A DNA stretch of 64,000 bases, from positions 372,001 to 436,000 of the forward strand of contig JABVCE010000002.1 of assembly GCA_014905635.1 (NCBI GenBank), in the 5' to 3' direction. The DNA comes from Scenedesmus sp. PABB004 (Eukaryota). The notes beneath the pieces are model-generated. The model searched no databases. It had not been told where the DNA came from and was given only the letters and a program-made list of their open reading frames with translations. The position numbers and the translations under genes were made by a program. This document shows, piece by piece, positions 12,946 to 24,311 of the stretch (its first letter is position 1; every line of letters starts with the position of its first letter).

Positions 12946-13324
12946 TTAGTCGACCTCGGCCATGGCCTGCACCTCCTGCTCCGTGAACTTGCCCTTGCCC
13001 TTGTCCGCGGCCTTGCCGGCGCCCTTGCGGTCGAGCATGGCCTTGCGGTCCTTGTCGAGCTTGAGCTTGGTGATGACGCACTTGCTGGGGTCCACGCCGA
13101 CGCTCACGCTCGCGCCTGCCAGGCGGGCGCGCGGGCGGGCGGCGTGAGCGCGCGTGCACACAGGCGCGGGAGGGAGCGGCGCGACGGGGCGAGTGCGGAC
13201 GGCGCGCAGCGCGGGCCCCCGCCGTGCTACTGCCGCGCGACTGCTGCCACGACAGCCGCCCCGCGCTGCCGCGACTGCCGCCGCAGGTGCAACTGCCGCT
13301 GCCGGCGCCTCTGCCGATCCCGCT

Positions 13325-13358
<34 letters not shown>

Positions 13359-14386
13359 CTGCTGGCTTCGCCGCTGCTCGCGCCGCTGCTCACGCCGCTG
13401 CTCGCGCCGCTGCTCGCGCCGCTGCTCGCGCCGCTGCTCGCGCCGCTGCTCGCGCCGCTGCTCGCGCCGCCGCCGCCGCAGCAGCAGGCGCCGCCGCTGC
13501 AGGCGCCGCTGCGGGCGTTGCCGCTGCCGCTGCCGCCGCCGGGGCTGGCGCACGTGCACGCCGCCTGCGCTGCGCCCGCTGCTGCCTCTGGTGCGGTCCG
13601 GAGCGCGCCGCCGGGCCTCACCGTTGACCTTCTCGCGCGTGATGCGCTCAATGTGGATCACCCACTTCTTGCGGTAGACCTGCGTCACCTTGCCCTCGCG
13701 GCCCTGCGCCGCGGGGCCGGGCGCGCGCGGCCAGGCGCGCGGTGAGGCCGCCGCCGCGCTGCCGCGGCGCCGCGCCGGCCCCCGGCGCCGGCCGCGCCGC
13801 CTCCCGCGCGCGTCTGCGCGGGGCGCCCGGCGGCCGCCGGCCCGACCCGCGCCGCGCCGCCGCGCACGGCCCGCTGCCCGCGGCCCGCCGGCGGCGCGCG
13901 CGCCGCCGCTGCTCGCCGCTGCTGCTGCCGCCGGCGCGCACCTTGAAGGTGCCGCGCACCACCTGCACCTCATCGTCCTTCCTGATGGGCACGGCGCGCA
14001 CCTGCGCGGGCGGGGGGCGGTGAGGGGCGCGCGCGGGCGGGATCGGGCGCCCGGGGGCCCGCCCTGGCAGCAGCCGGCGCTCGCCTGGTACTTCTGGCGC
14101 AGCTCAGCCGACAGCGGCGAGCTCATGAGCTTCCTCCGCACATTGGAGGGCGCGGTGAAGTGAGCCTGCGGGCGACCGGGCAGCGGGCGGCGCGCTCGGC
14201 GGGCCATCGCAAGCGCCCCCGCCGGCGAGGAGCGCCCGCGCGCCGCAGCGCGCTCGGGGCGGTCCGGGCGAGGCCCGTGGGTGCGCCTGGGACCGCGCCC
14301 CACCGCAGGCGCGCCCCCGCTGCGCCCGCCCCGCCCACCTTGCGGCTCTTCCGCCGGGAGCTGCTGACGTTGGCTGAATACTTCAT
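12946..14386 (-). CDS. RPL26: 60S ribosomal protein L26 (uL24), 5 exons
   Basis: [115 protein letters not shown]. Confidence 0.99.
13369..13464. repeat. 12-bp minisatellite (CGCCGCTGCTCG)x8 in RPL26 intron 4
   Basis: Eight contiguous units, one with a G>A change. Confidence 0.9.
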
Positions 14387-15038
14387 GGCGCCCCTCCTGA
14401 CCTCCGCGCGAGCCGCCGGGAAAGAGGGCGCTGCCCGGGGCGGGCGCCCGCTTTGGGGGCGCGGTTCAGGGCTGGGCCGCCGAGCGTGCTGGCTGCGCTG
14501 GGGCATGGCTACTCCCTGCGGCCGGTCCGCCGGCCAGCCCGCCGTCGCCGCGGCGTCGCTGCGTCGGGCGCGCCCGGGCGGCGGCGGCGCGGCGCCGGCG
14601 CGCGGCCATCACGCGCCGGCGCCGGCGGTGCCAGGGTTGTGCCCGGGCCGCGCGGGCGCGCTGCGTGTCGTGGGCTGTGTGAGTGCTGCGGGTCACCAGG
14701 CGTCGCTGGCGCCGCCGTGCGCCGCGCGCGCCGGAGCCGCCGCTGCCGCGCCGCCAGGCCCCGCGCGCTCCGGCCGCGCAGCGCAGCGCGCGCCCCAGAC
14801 CGGGCGCTCGGCAGGCGCGCCCGAGTCACGTCATGCCGCGCGCGGGCGCGGTGGCCCGCAAGCGCCGCCGGTCGGTCAACGCAACGCGCCGTCGTCGTAC
14901 GACCGCTCTCTGCCGCCGTCCGCTCGCCCCCGCCACTACCCGCGCACTCCCCCACGCTCCCCCGCGCGCCATCGACGCAGGCAGCTCAGCCGCGCAGCAG
15001 GCGCGCCCCGCCGCGCGCCGGGCGCAGCAGCGCGCGAG

Positions 15039-16753
15039 ATGGCCGCCGCGGACGCGCCGCCGGCGCCGGCGCGGCTGGCGTTCGTCACCGAGTGGACCGA
15101 CCCCAGCAGCGGCGTTACGTGGCACCACCAGCTGCTCTTCTACACGGAGACGGGCGAGGTGGAGATGTGAGCGCGGCGCCGAGCGCGGCGGCCGCGCGCC
15201 GCCCGAGCGCGGCGCTGAGCGCGGCGGCCGGCGCAGGCACGACATCAAGAACCGGCGCTCCTTCCTCAAGCGCGTGCGCCAGGACGCCGTGACGGCGGGC
15301 CAGCTCTACGTCGGCGCGGTGGTCAGCCTCTTCGGCCGCCAGCTCCGCATCACCGACTGCGCCGACGACGCCACGCGCCGCGCCGTCGAGCCGCGCGCCG
15401 AGCGGTGCGCGCATGCGCGCCGCGCGCGCACTGGGCGGCGCCGGCCCCGCGCGACGACGCGGGCGCCGGGCCCCACGCGCGCGCGCGCGCTGCGCGCCTC
15501 GCAGGACGCTCGCGCTGATCAAGCCCGACGCGGTGCGCCACGCGGGCAAGATCCTGGCGGCCGCCGCCGCGGGCGGCCTGGCCGTCACCGCGGCGCGGCT
15601 GTGCCAGCTGACCGCCCCGGAGGCGGCGGCGCTCTACTCGGCCCACGCCGGGCGGCCCTACTTTGCCGCGCTCACCGCGGCCATGGCGAGCGGCCCCGTG
15701 CTGGCGCTGGAGCTCATGGCCGCCGGCGGCGTGCGCAAGTGGCGCGAGCTGCTGGGTGCGCGGGGGGCTGGGCGGCTGCGCGCGGCGCGCACGCGCGCGC
15801 GGCGCGGCGCGCGTGCTGGGCGGCGCGGCCTCGGCCGCCCCTCACGCGCATGCGCGACCCGCAGGCCCCACCGACAGCGCGGCGGCCCGGGCGCAGGCGC
15901 CCGGCAGCATCCGCGCGCGCTTTGGCAGCGACGGCACGCGCAACGCGGCCCACGGCTCCGACAGCCCCGCGGCCGCGGCGGCGGAGCTGGCCTTTTTCTT
16001 CGGCGCCGGCGCCAACGGCAGCAGCGGCAGCAGCGGCAGCAGCGGCAGCAGCGGCAGCAGCGGCAGCAGCGGCAGCAGCGGCAGCAGCGGCGGCGGCAAC
16101 GGCGCCTGCGCCAGCGCCGGCGGCGCGCCGCGCGGCGTCGCGCGGTGCTGCGGCACCACGCTGTGTGTGATCAAGCCGCACGCGGTCAAGGAGGGCACCG
16201 CGGGGCCCATCCTGGACGCGCTGCAGGACGCGTTTGAGGTCACGGGCCTGCAGGCGCGACGGCCGCGCCCTGGGGCCGGCCGCGGCGGCGGTGCACCGCC
16301 AGCAGACGTGCGCCCGCGCGCCGCGCGCAGATGTTCACGCTCGACCGCGGCGCGGCGTGTGAGTTCCTGGAGGTCTACCGGGGCGTTCTGCCGCCCGGCG
16401 AGTTTGCCGCCGCGGTGGACGGGCTCGCCGAGGGGCCCTGCATCGCGGTCGAGGTGGGCGCCCGAGCTCGGCCGCGCGGCCGCGGCGCGCGCGGCGCGCA
16501 TGCTGCGCAGCTCACGCGCGCCGCCGCCGCGCGCGCGAACCAGGTCGCGGACCGGGCGGGCGGCGACGCCGTGGAGGCGCTGCGGGAGCTGTGCGGGCCG
16601 CGCGACCCCGAGCTCGCCGCCGTGCTGCGGCCGGCGAGCCTGCGCGCGCGCTTCGGGCGCTCGCCCGCGCGCAACGCGGTGCACGCGACCGACCTCGCGG
16701 GCGACGGCTCGATGGAGACGGCCTTCTTCTTCAAAACCCTGGCCGGCGGGTGA
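15039..16753 (+). CDS. NME7: Nucleoside diphosphate kinase 7 (DM10 + two NDK domains; FAP67-like), 6 exons
   Basis: LAFVTEWTDP...EVEM|HDIKNRRSFLKR (DM10); TLALIKPDA...RNAAHGSDS; TLCVIKPHA...RNAVHATDL. Confidence 0.95.
16017..16088 (+). repeat. Coding 9-bp repeat (GGCAGCAGC)x8 encoding a (GSS)8 linker
   Basis: In frame between the two NDK domains. Confidence 0.85.
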
Positions 16754-17196
16754 GGCCGGGGGGAGGCGGGCGCGCGAGCGCCGCGGGCGTCAAACGGGGG
16801 AGGCGGCCAGGCGGCCAGGCAGCTGGCCGGGCGGGGCGGGCGCGGTCGGGCGGCGACTGCCTCCCACGGGCACACAGCGAGTTTGGTGAAGCTCCCCACG
16901 GGCCTGCCGGCACGCGCCGCGGCCGCCGCGCGCGCACGAGAGCGAGCGCGCCGCCAGCGCCGCTGCTGCTGCGCCGCCCGGCCGCCGCGCGGCGGCGCCT
17001 GCTCTGCGGCACGACCCCAGCAATTGCTGCAGCGTGACAGCAACGCGCGATCGGTCGCAGCGCGTTCCGTCAGGCCGTGGGCAGCGCGCGCATCTGCGGC
17101 TCCTCCCGCCAGTGCGCGGCGCGGGCCGCGCGGGCCGCGCCCAGCGCCATGCTGAGTGGGTCCCTCGAGTAGGGCGCGCTGTGCGTGGAGGGCGCG

Positions 17197-20100
17197 ATGA
17201 AGAAGCACTCTGACGGCGGCGGCGCGGCGCTGCTCGGCGGCGCCGGGCGGCACGCGGCGCCGCTGGTCATCATCCTGGCCGCCCTGATCGCGGTCAACCT
17301 GGTCTACTTCCTCAGCACCCACACCCGCATCATCAGCACCATCCACGCCCGGCAAGCCGGTGCGCGCGCCCGCGCTGGGCACAGCGGCGGGCGGCGGCAC
17401 CGAGCCGCGCGGCAGCGCCCGCTGCTCGAGGCGCCCCCGGGGCGCGGCGCAGCAGCGCGGGCCCGCGCCGCCGACGCGCCCGCGGCGGCCCTGCGCCCCC
17501 CCCCCCCCCCCCCCCCGCGCGCGCAGAGGACTCGGACCGCAACCGGCTGCGCCTCGTCACGGCGCCCGACGGCGACGCCGGCGCCGGCGGCGGCGGAGCG
17601 GGCGCGGCGGGCGCCGGCGCCGGCGCGCCGCGCAGCGCCGACGCCGACGCGGCGGTGCGCTACCTGCAGCACGTGGTGTTTGCGGACGCCGCGCGCGCGC
17701 CGCGCGCGCCGGTGGAGGGCTTCTGGCTGCCCAGGCCGGCGGCCAAGAACGCCACGCTGGCGGAGTATCGCGACAAGGTCGCCGACTACCTGCGGTCAGA
17801 CGCCTTTGCGCAGCGCTGGCAGGCGCTCAAGGACCAGGCGCGCGCGCGCGAGCGGTGCAGCCGCCGGGCCGGCGGGCCGGCGCCGGCGCCGGCGGCGGTG
17901 GCCGGTGAGAGAGGCGCGGCGCTCAGGCCCGCACCGCCGCCGCGCCGCCGCCGCAGACGCACCATGAGCGCGGCATCGTGATGAGCGCTGGCGGGCGCTA
18001 CTACCTGCCCCAGGCGATCGTGCTGCTGCGCGTGCTGCGCGCGGTGCACCGCTGCACGCTGCCGGTGGAGCTCTTCTGGTACGGGCCGGAGGAGATGGAC
18101 GACGCCACGTTCAAGGCGCGCCGCGCCGCGGCCTGGGAGCGCCCCAGGGGGGCGCCCGCGGCCGCGGCGCGCTCGCGCGCGGGAGGAGGGACCTGCGCGG
18201 CGGCGCCGGGCGGGTCCGTGCGGCGCCCGCCGACAGCCCCTCTCTCCCCGGGCCGCGCCGCAGGCAATGCAGGCGGAGTTTGGTCCGCTGGAGGGCTACG
18301 ACACCAAGGCCCTGCCCTACCCGCCCCACCACCTGCCCGGCGCAAAGCTCAAGGGCTTCCCGCTCAAGCCCTACGCCCTGCTGCACAGCAAGTGCGGGGC
18401 GCCGCGGCGCCGCCGCCGCGCGCGCGGTGGGCGCCCCGCAGGGCCCCCCTCGGCCGCCGACCGCGTCGTCGCCGCCGCGCCCGCGCGGCCGCGCGCGCGC
18501 CGCGGCGCAGGTTCAAGCAGGCGCTGCTGCTCGACGCGGACGTCGTGCTGCGGCGCGACCCGCGGTACCTGTTTGACGCGCCGCTGTTCCGCGAGCGTGG
18601 CAACTACTTTTGGGGCGACATCTACGGCGCGGGCATGGTCAAGGATGAGGTCTACGAGTTTGTGGGTGCGGCGCGCGCGTGGGCGTGCGCGTGTGGTAGT
18701 GGTGGTGGGTGGGTGGGTGGGTGGGTGGGTGGGTGGGTGGGTGGGTGGGGGGGGGGGGTGGGTGGTGGGTGGGTGGGTGGGTGGGTGGGTGTGGGTGGGT
18801 CTCTGTGGTGGTGGCGGGTGCGCGAGGGGCTTGAGGCCCGAGGCTGGAGCGGACGCCGAGCGGCGCCGCCCCGCGGCCGCGCCGCAGGGCTCAACCGCAG
18901 CGTGCGCGCCGTGCTCGACGCGGGCAAGGCCGACTTCAAGCGCTACGCGGAGAGCGGGCAGGTGCTGATCGACCGCGCGATGCACCTGGGTGAGCGCCGC
19001 GCCCGCGGCCGCCCGCGCCCGGCCGCCGCCAGCACTGCCCGCGCGCGCCGACGCGCCCCTCCCCCACCCACCCCGCCCACCCCACCCACCCCCCCTGCCT
19101 CGCAGACGTGCTGGAGTGGACGTGGTTCCTCAACTCCTTCAGCGACGGCGCGGTGTATGACTTTATGTATGGTGACAAGGACACCTATGGCCTCGGCTTT
19201 GGCCTCGCGGGCAAGGCCCACCTCTACACACACATCAACACGCCGCCAGGTGGGTGGGGCGCCAGGGCACGCGCAGCGCACGCGCTGCGGCCGCCGGGGC
19301 CGCCCGCCCGCCGCAGAGCCTCGCGCCGGCGGCGCCGCGCGCGCGCTGACGCGCGCCGCCCGCCGCCCGCCCCCCGCCGCCGGCGCCGCGCGGCAGGTGG
19401 CGTGTTCACGCACCGCGACACGCTCGGCTGGTCGCCGCGCGCGGAGCAGATGCGCAAGCAGGGCAACTGGTGGCTCATGGGCCTGGTGCACTACGACCAC
19501 AACGGCGAGGCGCTGCTCGTGCACCGCGTCACGGGCGAGGTCAACGTGTTCAGTGGGCACGCCCCAAAGGCGCGCGCGTCCGCGGCCCGCGCGTCCGCGC
19601 CGCGCGTCCGCCGCGTCTGCCGCGTCCGCCGCGCCGCGCTCCCCCGCCCACACGCCACCCGTCCCTCTCCCGTTCCCCTCCCGTCCCCCGCCCCTCTCCC
19701 CCCCCCTCCCCCGTCCCTCCCCAGGACGAGGTCATCACGCCGCCCATCCCCCACAGCTGGTCCATGTGGTTCATGGGCTACGCCCCCGACGCCACGCTGC
19801 AGCGCACCCTGGACCTGCTCAGCCTCAACGTCACCTTCCTCCTCGAGTCCGCCCCGCCCGGCCAGGCCTGCCCGCTCGCCGCGTGGGCGGCCTACTGGAC
19901 GCTGCGCACGCACGGCATCCCCACGCAGCGGTGCGGGGCCGCGCGGCCGCGCCGCCGCGCCGTGCTGCCGCGCACACGGTCGCGCGCGGTTGCGCGCCGC
20001 CGCCGCGCGCGCGGCTGACAGCGCCCGCGCCCGCGCGCACGTGTGCCGCCGCCGCCGCGCGCAGCAACACGACGCTCGAGGCGCGGTGCGACGCGATGCT

Positions 20101-20507
20101 GGACGCGCAGTACGGCGCGGCCGGCGCGGCGATGATCCGGCGCGCGGGCCTGCTGGAGCACCCGCTGCGGCTCGTGGTCAACGCGGAGTGGGACCGCCAA
20201 GTGGACGGTGCGCGCGGGACGGCGCCGCCGCCGATGGCGGCGCCACCGCGCGCGCGCGCCTCACGCCCGCCGCCGCCGCCCTCCCGCCGCCGCCGCCGCC
20301 CTCCCGCCGCCGCCTCCGCCCTCTCGCGGCCGCCGCGCAGGCGGGTGGCACGCGCCCAAGCACCCGCTGTGGGCGGTGCCGCTCAACCAGACGGCCGCGT
20401 ACGTGATGTGGCAAAACCTGGACGCGGCGGTCGGCTGGGCCAAGAACTGGACGGCGCGCAACTCGCCCCTGCTCAGCAAGGGCCGGCGGCGGGCGCGCTG
20501 GAGCTGA
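17197..20507 (+). CDS. GT71 (MNN2/MNN5-like) alpha-mannosyltransferase, type II membrane protein, about 11 exons
   Basis: N-terminal TM anchor LVIILAALIAVNLVYFL; RGIVMSAGG, TLPVELFW, KPYALLHS, LLLDAD (DxD), ESGQVLID and YGDKDTY motifs. Confidence 0.88.
18707..18800. repeat. (GGGT)n intronic microsatellite with G-quadruplex potential
   Basis: Read directly in a GT71 intron. Confidence 0.9.
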
Positions 20508-20510
20508 CGC

Positions 20511-20560
20511 GCTGAGCTGAGCTGAGCTGAGCTGAGCTGAGCTGAGCTGAGCTGAGCTGA
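20511..20560. repeat. (GCTGA)x10 pentanucleotide repeat immediately after the GT71 stop
   Basis: Ten perfect units. Confidence 0.95.
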
Positions 20561-21165
20561 GCCGGCGGTGAAACAGCTGCGTCGGCCTGATCTGAGGGGG
20601 GGCATGGGATTCCTTGTAGTGAGTTCAGCAGCGGCAACAGGTGTTGGCCTGCAACTCCCTCCCCGCCCCGCCCGCCTCCCGACGCGCGCCCGCGCCGCCG
20701 CGCTCGTGCTGCCGTCGGTGCAGCTGCAGCGTCGATTGGATTCGATCATGGAAAGCCAAAGCCAAGGCTAAGGGCCGCGCTGGTGCATGGCCAAAGCTGC
20801 GGGCCGGCTGGTGCACGGCCAAAGCTCATCACCGCCGCTCCATGACCGCAGTGCGTGTGTGTGTGTGTGTGTGCCGGAGCCGGGTTGGTTTGCCGCGCAC
20901 GTAAACAACGTTGCGCGGCGTTTGTGTGTGAAAACCCGCCCCCGCCAGTGCCCCGGTGCTGCGCAGCCGCCGCCGCGCAGGTGCACGGGAGCGGCCGCGA
21001 GCCTGCAAACTGTGCGCCAGCACATCAGGCGCCTCCGCCGCCTCCAGAAACACAAGCTGCCCCCGCCGCGTCGTGCGCGTGGCAATGCGCCGACGACCCG
21101 CGTGACCGATGCGCCGCGGTCAAAAGTCGAAAGTCCTGCAACACCATTCATTTATTGCGCGGGCG

Positions 21166-21314
21166 TCACAGCTGGCCGGTGTGGCGGCTCGCGAGCGCGC
21201 CCACTGCGGCGGGCAGCTCCAGGTGCAGCACGGCGAGGCTGTCGAGGCTCCCCGACGCGGGCCGCGGCGCGAGCCGGACCCTGCGCGCGCCCGACGCGCG
21301 GCGCGGCTGCGCCG

Positions 21315-21348
<34 letters not shown>

Positions 21349-21732
21349 GCTGGAGGGCGCGCTGCTGTGGCGCTTCGCGGCGCCGCTGCCGCCCGCCGCG
21401 CCCGCCGCCAGCTCGTGGCCGTCGCTGCTGGCACTGGCGCTGGGGCGCGCCGGCGCGCTGGCGACGCGCGGCCAGGACTGCTGCGTCTCGAGCGCGCGGC
21501 ACGGCGCCGGCGCGCCGCCGTCGCCCGAGCCGCCCGCCGGCGGCCCCACGCCGACCACGGCCGGCGGCGGCGCGTCCCACCAGCAGCCTGCGCCTGCCTC
21601 GAACGCCAGCGCCGGGCGCGCCGGCGCCGCCAGCCCCGCCGCGCGTGTGGTCGTGAACACCATCGGAACGAAGGTCAAGCCTTCCAGCCCGTCCGCCTCC
21701 GCGTCATCAGGGGCGTGGGGAAACAGCTGCAT
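21166..21732 (-). CDS. Hypothetical low-complexity protein, single exon (MQLFPHAPDD...)
   Basis: ATG-started ORF with GC-ending codons, followed by AT-richer UTR-like sequence. No recognisable domain. Confidence 0.4.
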
Positions 21733-22261
21733 GCCGCGCCCGGCGGGCGCGTTGTCCAAAGCTGCCGCCGCTGCTGGCGCCGGGGGCGCCTGCGTCGAGC
21801 GGGCGGCGCAGTGCGTCCGGAGGTGGGTGAGGGCGAGTGGGCCGCCTGGGAGTCAGGGTGCGGGCGTCCCGCGCGCACGGGGCTCGGCCGCATCCCCGCT
21901 CCCTGCTGCGCACCGCTCGCTAGGCCCCGGCCGGCATCGCGGAAGCTGGTGAGCGCGCACTCCCGATCTTTCGGGAGCGAGCCGACCCTCGCGACGCACG
22001 GGGGAGAGGCTGCAAACGCTCGCGGCGTGGCTGCTGCCCGCTGTGTGCAGCCGGCGGTGCGTCAGCCGCTCGTGAGACGACACTCCACCGCGTCGCGGTC
22101 ACATCCGATGACAGGCCAGGGCGCGGCGCGGCGACGGCGGCGGCACCCGGGGCTCGGCACGCAGAGCCCCGCCGGCTGCTACACGCGGCCGCCGCCGGGC
22201 GCGGGCAGCACGCCGGCGCGCCGGTAGAGCCCGTCCAGCAGCTCCCCTCGAGCCGTCGCCG

Positions 22262-23986
22262 CTACACGCCGCTGCCGCTGGGCGGGGGCAGCACGCCGGC
22301 GCGGCGGTAGAGGCCGTCCAGCAGCTCGCCGAGGACCTCCTCGTAGCACCGCTTGCGCCGCCGCGCCTGCAGGAGCGCGACACCGGCAAGGAGGCGCTCA
22401 AACTCGGCGACGTCCAGCGCGAGCGGCTGCGCGCACAGCACGAAGCGCGCGGGGTCGGCGGCGCCGCCGCCCGGCGGCGCGTGCTTGGCGAAGACCACGG
22501 CCGCGGCGAGCTCCGCGGGGCTGAGCTCGCCGCCGCCGAGCAGGCCCCAGCGCGTGAGGTGCCGCGCGACGTGGCGCGCGTCGACCTCGAGCTTGGGCGC
22601 CCGCACGCGCCGCACCTGGCAGCGCTCGAGCGCCGCCTGGGTGAGCCGCCGGCCCTTGCGCAGCAGTGCGAGCGCCGGCGGCGTGAGCGCGCCGCGCAGC
22701 TTCTCGAGCCGGCGCGCCAGGTCGGGAAAAATGTTGGGCGCGACGCAGTCCTGCAGCAGCGAGAGCAGCTTTGCCACGAGCGGCGCGCCGCCGCCGCCGC
22801 CGCCGCCGGCGGCAAACGACTCGGCCTCAAACCTGGGCCGGCGGCGGCGGCGGCGCGCGCGGCGGGTCGGCGCCGCGGCCCAGCGCAGCGTGGCGCCCGC
22901 GCGGCGCGGCGGCCGCGGCCGCGGCCGCACCGCATGTGCGCGACGGCGACGAGCGTGAGCATGAAGTCGGCGAGGTCCAGCCTCGCGCCGCCCGGCGCGC
23001 TGCCGCCGCCCTTCCTGCGGGCACGCGCAGCAGGCGCCGCCGCTGGTCAGCAGCGAGCCCCCCTCGCCGTGGGCCCGACGCCGCAGCGAGCCAGGCCGCC
23101 CCGCCGCGCCGCGTGCGCCCGCGGCGCACCTGGCCAGCGCGCCGGGCGCGGCCTGCACCGCGGCGACGACCTCGTCCAGCCGCTCGGGCGGCAGGGCGGC
23201 GCCGGTGGCCTTGGCGGCCAGCAGGAACGCCTTGAGCTGCGGCAGGCTCAGCCGGTGTGCCGCGTCCAGCGTGCCCGCGCCGTCGCACGCGGACAGCAGG
23301 AACAGCGCCTGCAGCGCGCCGGCGTGCTGGAGCAGCACCTCGCGCACGCGCGCCAGGCCCGCGCCGTCGCCGCCCGGCTCCTCCAGGCCCGCGAGGCCCT
23401 CCGCCGCCAGGTCCAGCTCCTCCAGCCACGCCGACGGCGTCGGCGGCGGCCCGTCCGCGCACGCCAGCGGCGGCGGGCTGCGCGGCCGGCCCTCCCAGCT
23501 GCGGCGGCGGCGGCGGCGGTGACACTGCTGGAGCCCTCGCTGCTGCTGCTTCTGGCCGGCCGCGGCGCCGGCGTGCGTCGCGCGGCCGCCGCACCGCGTG
23601 GTGAAGGCGAGCGGACCGTCGCCGAGCTCCACCGCCAGCTCGTCGCCGTCGCCCGCGACCTCGCTCAGCACGGTGTCGACGTCCAGCGCGGCGCCGTCGC
23701 CCGCCAGCACCCCCTGCGGCACGTAGCGCCCGGGCGGCTCGCCTGCGCGGCCGCGGCGGCGGCGGCGCTGGGTGGAGCGGGGTGGCTCGCACACGGCGGT
23801 GCCGCCGCGGCCCACGCGCAACGGGGCACGCGCGCCGCGCCCGCGTCGGCCCGCACCGCGGCGCGCCGCCAGGCGGGCGCACGCCGCCGTGGCTAGCCAG
23901 CGCAGCGTCTGCTGCCCCGCGCCGACCTCCAGCTCCAGGTGCGCGCCGCCGCCCAGGGCGCCGGCCGCGAGCACGCGCACGCGCAT
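22262..23986 (-). CDS. Uncharacterised protein, 5 exons (beta-grasp-like N-terminus, EF-hand-like helical region)
   Basis: MRVRVL...LELEVGAGQQTLRWLATAAC; four clean GT-AG introns give VREVLLQHAGALQALF...LSLPQLKAFL...LDLADFMLTLVAVAHMR|FEA...LDVAEFERLL. Fold calls are inference. Confidence 0.7.
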   Translation of the reverse strand: MRVRVLAAGALGGGAHLELEVGAGQQTLRWLATAACARLAARRGAGRRGRGARAPLRVGRGGTAVCEPPRSTQRRRRRGRAGEPPGRYVPQGVLAGDGAALDVDTVLSEVAGDGDELAVELGDGPLAFTTRCGGRATHAGAAAGQKQQQRGLQQCHRRRRRRSWEGRPRSPPPLACADGPPPTPSAWLEELDLAAEGLAGLEEPGGDGAGLARVREVLLQHAGALQALFLLSACDGAGTLDAAHRLSLPQLKAFLLAAKATGAALPPERLDEVVAAVQAAPGALARCAAGARGAAGRPGSLRRRAHGEGGSLLTSGGACCACPQEGRRQRAGRREAGPRRLHAHARRRRAHAVRPRPRPPRRAGATLRWAAAPTRRARRRRRRPRFEAESFAAGGGGGGGAPLVAKLLSLLQDCVAPNIFPDLARRLEKLRGALTPPALALLRKGRRLTQAALERCQVRRVRAPKLEVDARHVARHLTRWGLLGGGELSPAELAAAVVFAKHAPPGGGAADPARFVLCAQPLALDVAEFERLLAGVALLQARRRKRCYEEVLGELLDGLYRRAGVLPPPSGSGV

Positions 23987-24311
23987 CTCACCGCGGCAGC
24001 GGTCAACGCGCGCGGCGGCGCCGGTCGCGGCGGCGGCGGCGGGCGGTGGGAGGTGCGGCTCGAGCTCCAGCGCTCCACCGTCGAGCTGCTGCTCCAGGGC
24101 GCGTGTCAAACGGGGTGCAGCAGCACGGCCGAGTGGTGCGGTCCAGACCGCCGTTTGCTGCCGCGCCGAGCTCTGCGCGCGCCCGCCACACCTCCAGCCG
24201 CGCACAAACAGCACGCCCGGCGGGCGGCCGCAGCAGCGCAGGGAGGGTGCTGGGCGTGGGTGCTGTCCGCGCGCCACCGCTCGCGCCCCCCGGCGTGCGC
24301 GCCGGGGGGCC

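Noticed and set aside
13369..13464. Regular repeats resembling a CRISPR array
   Set aside because: Contiguous 12-bp units with no spacers, intronic, eukaryotic context, no cas genes.
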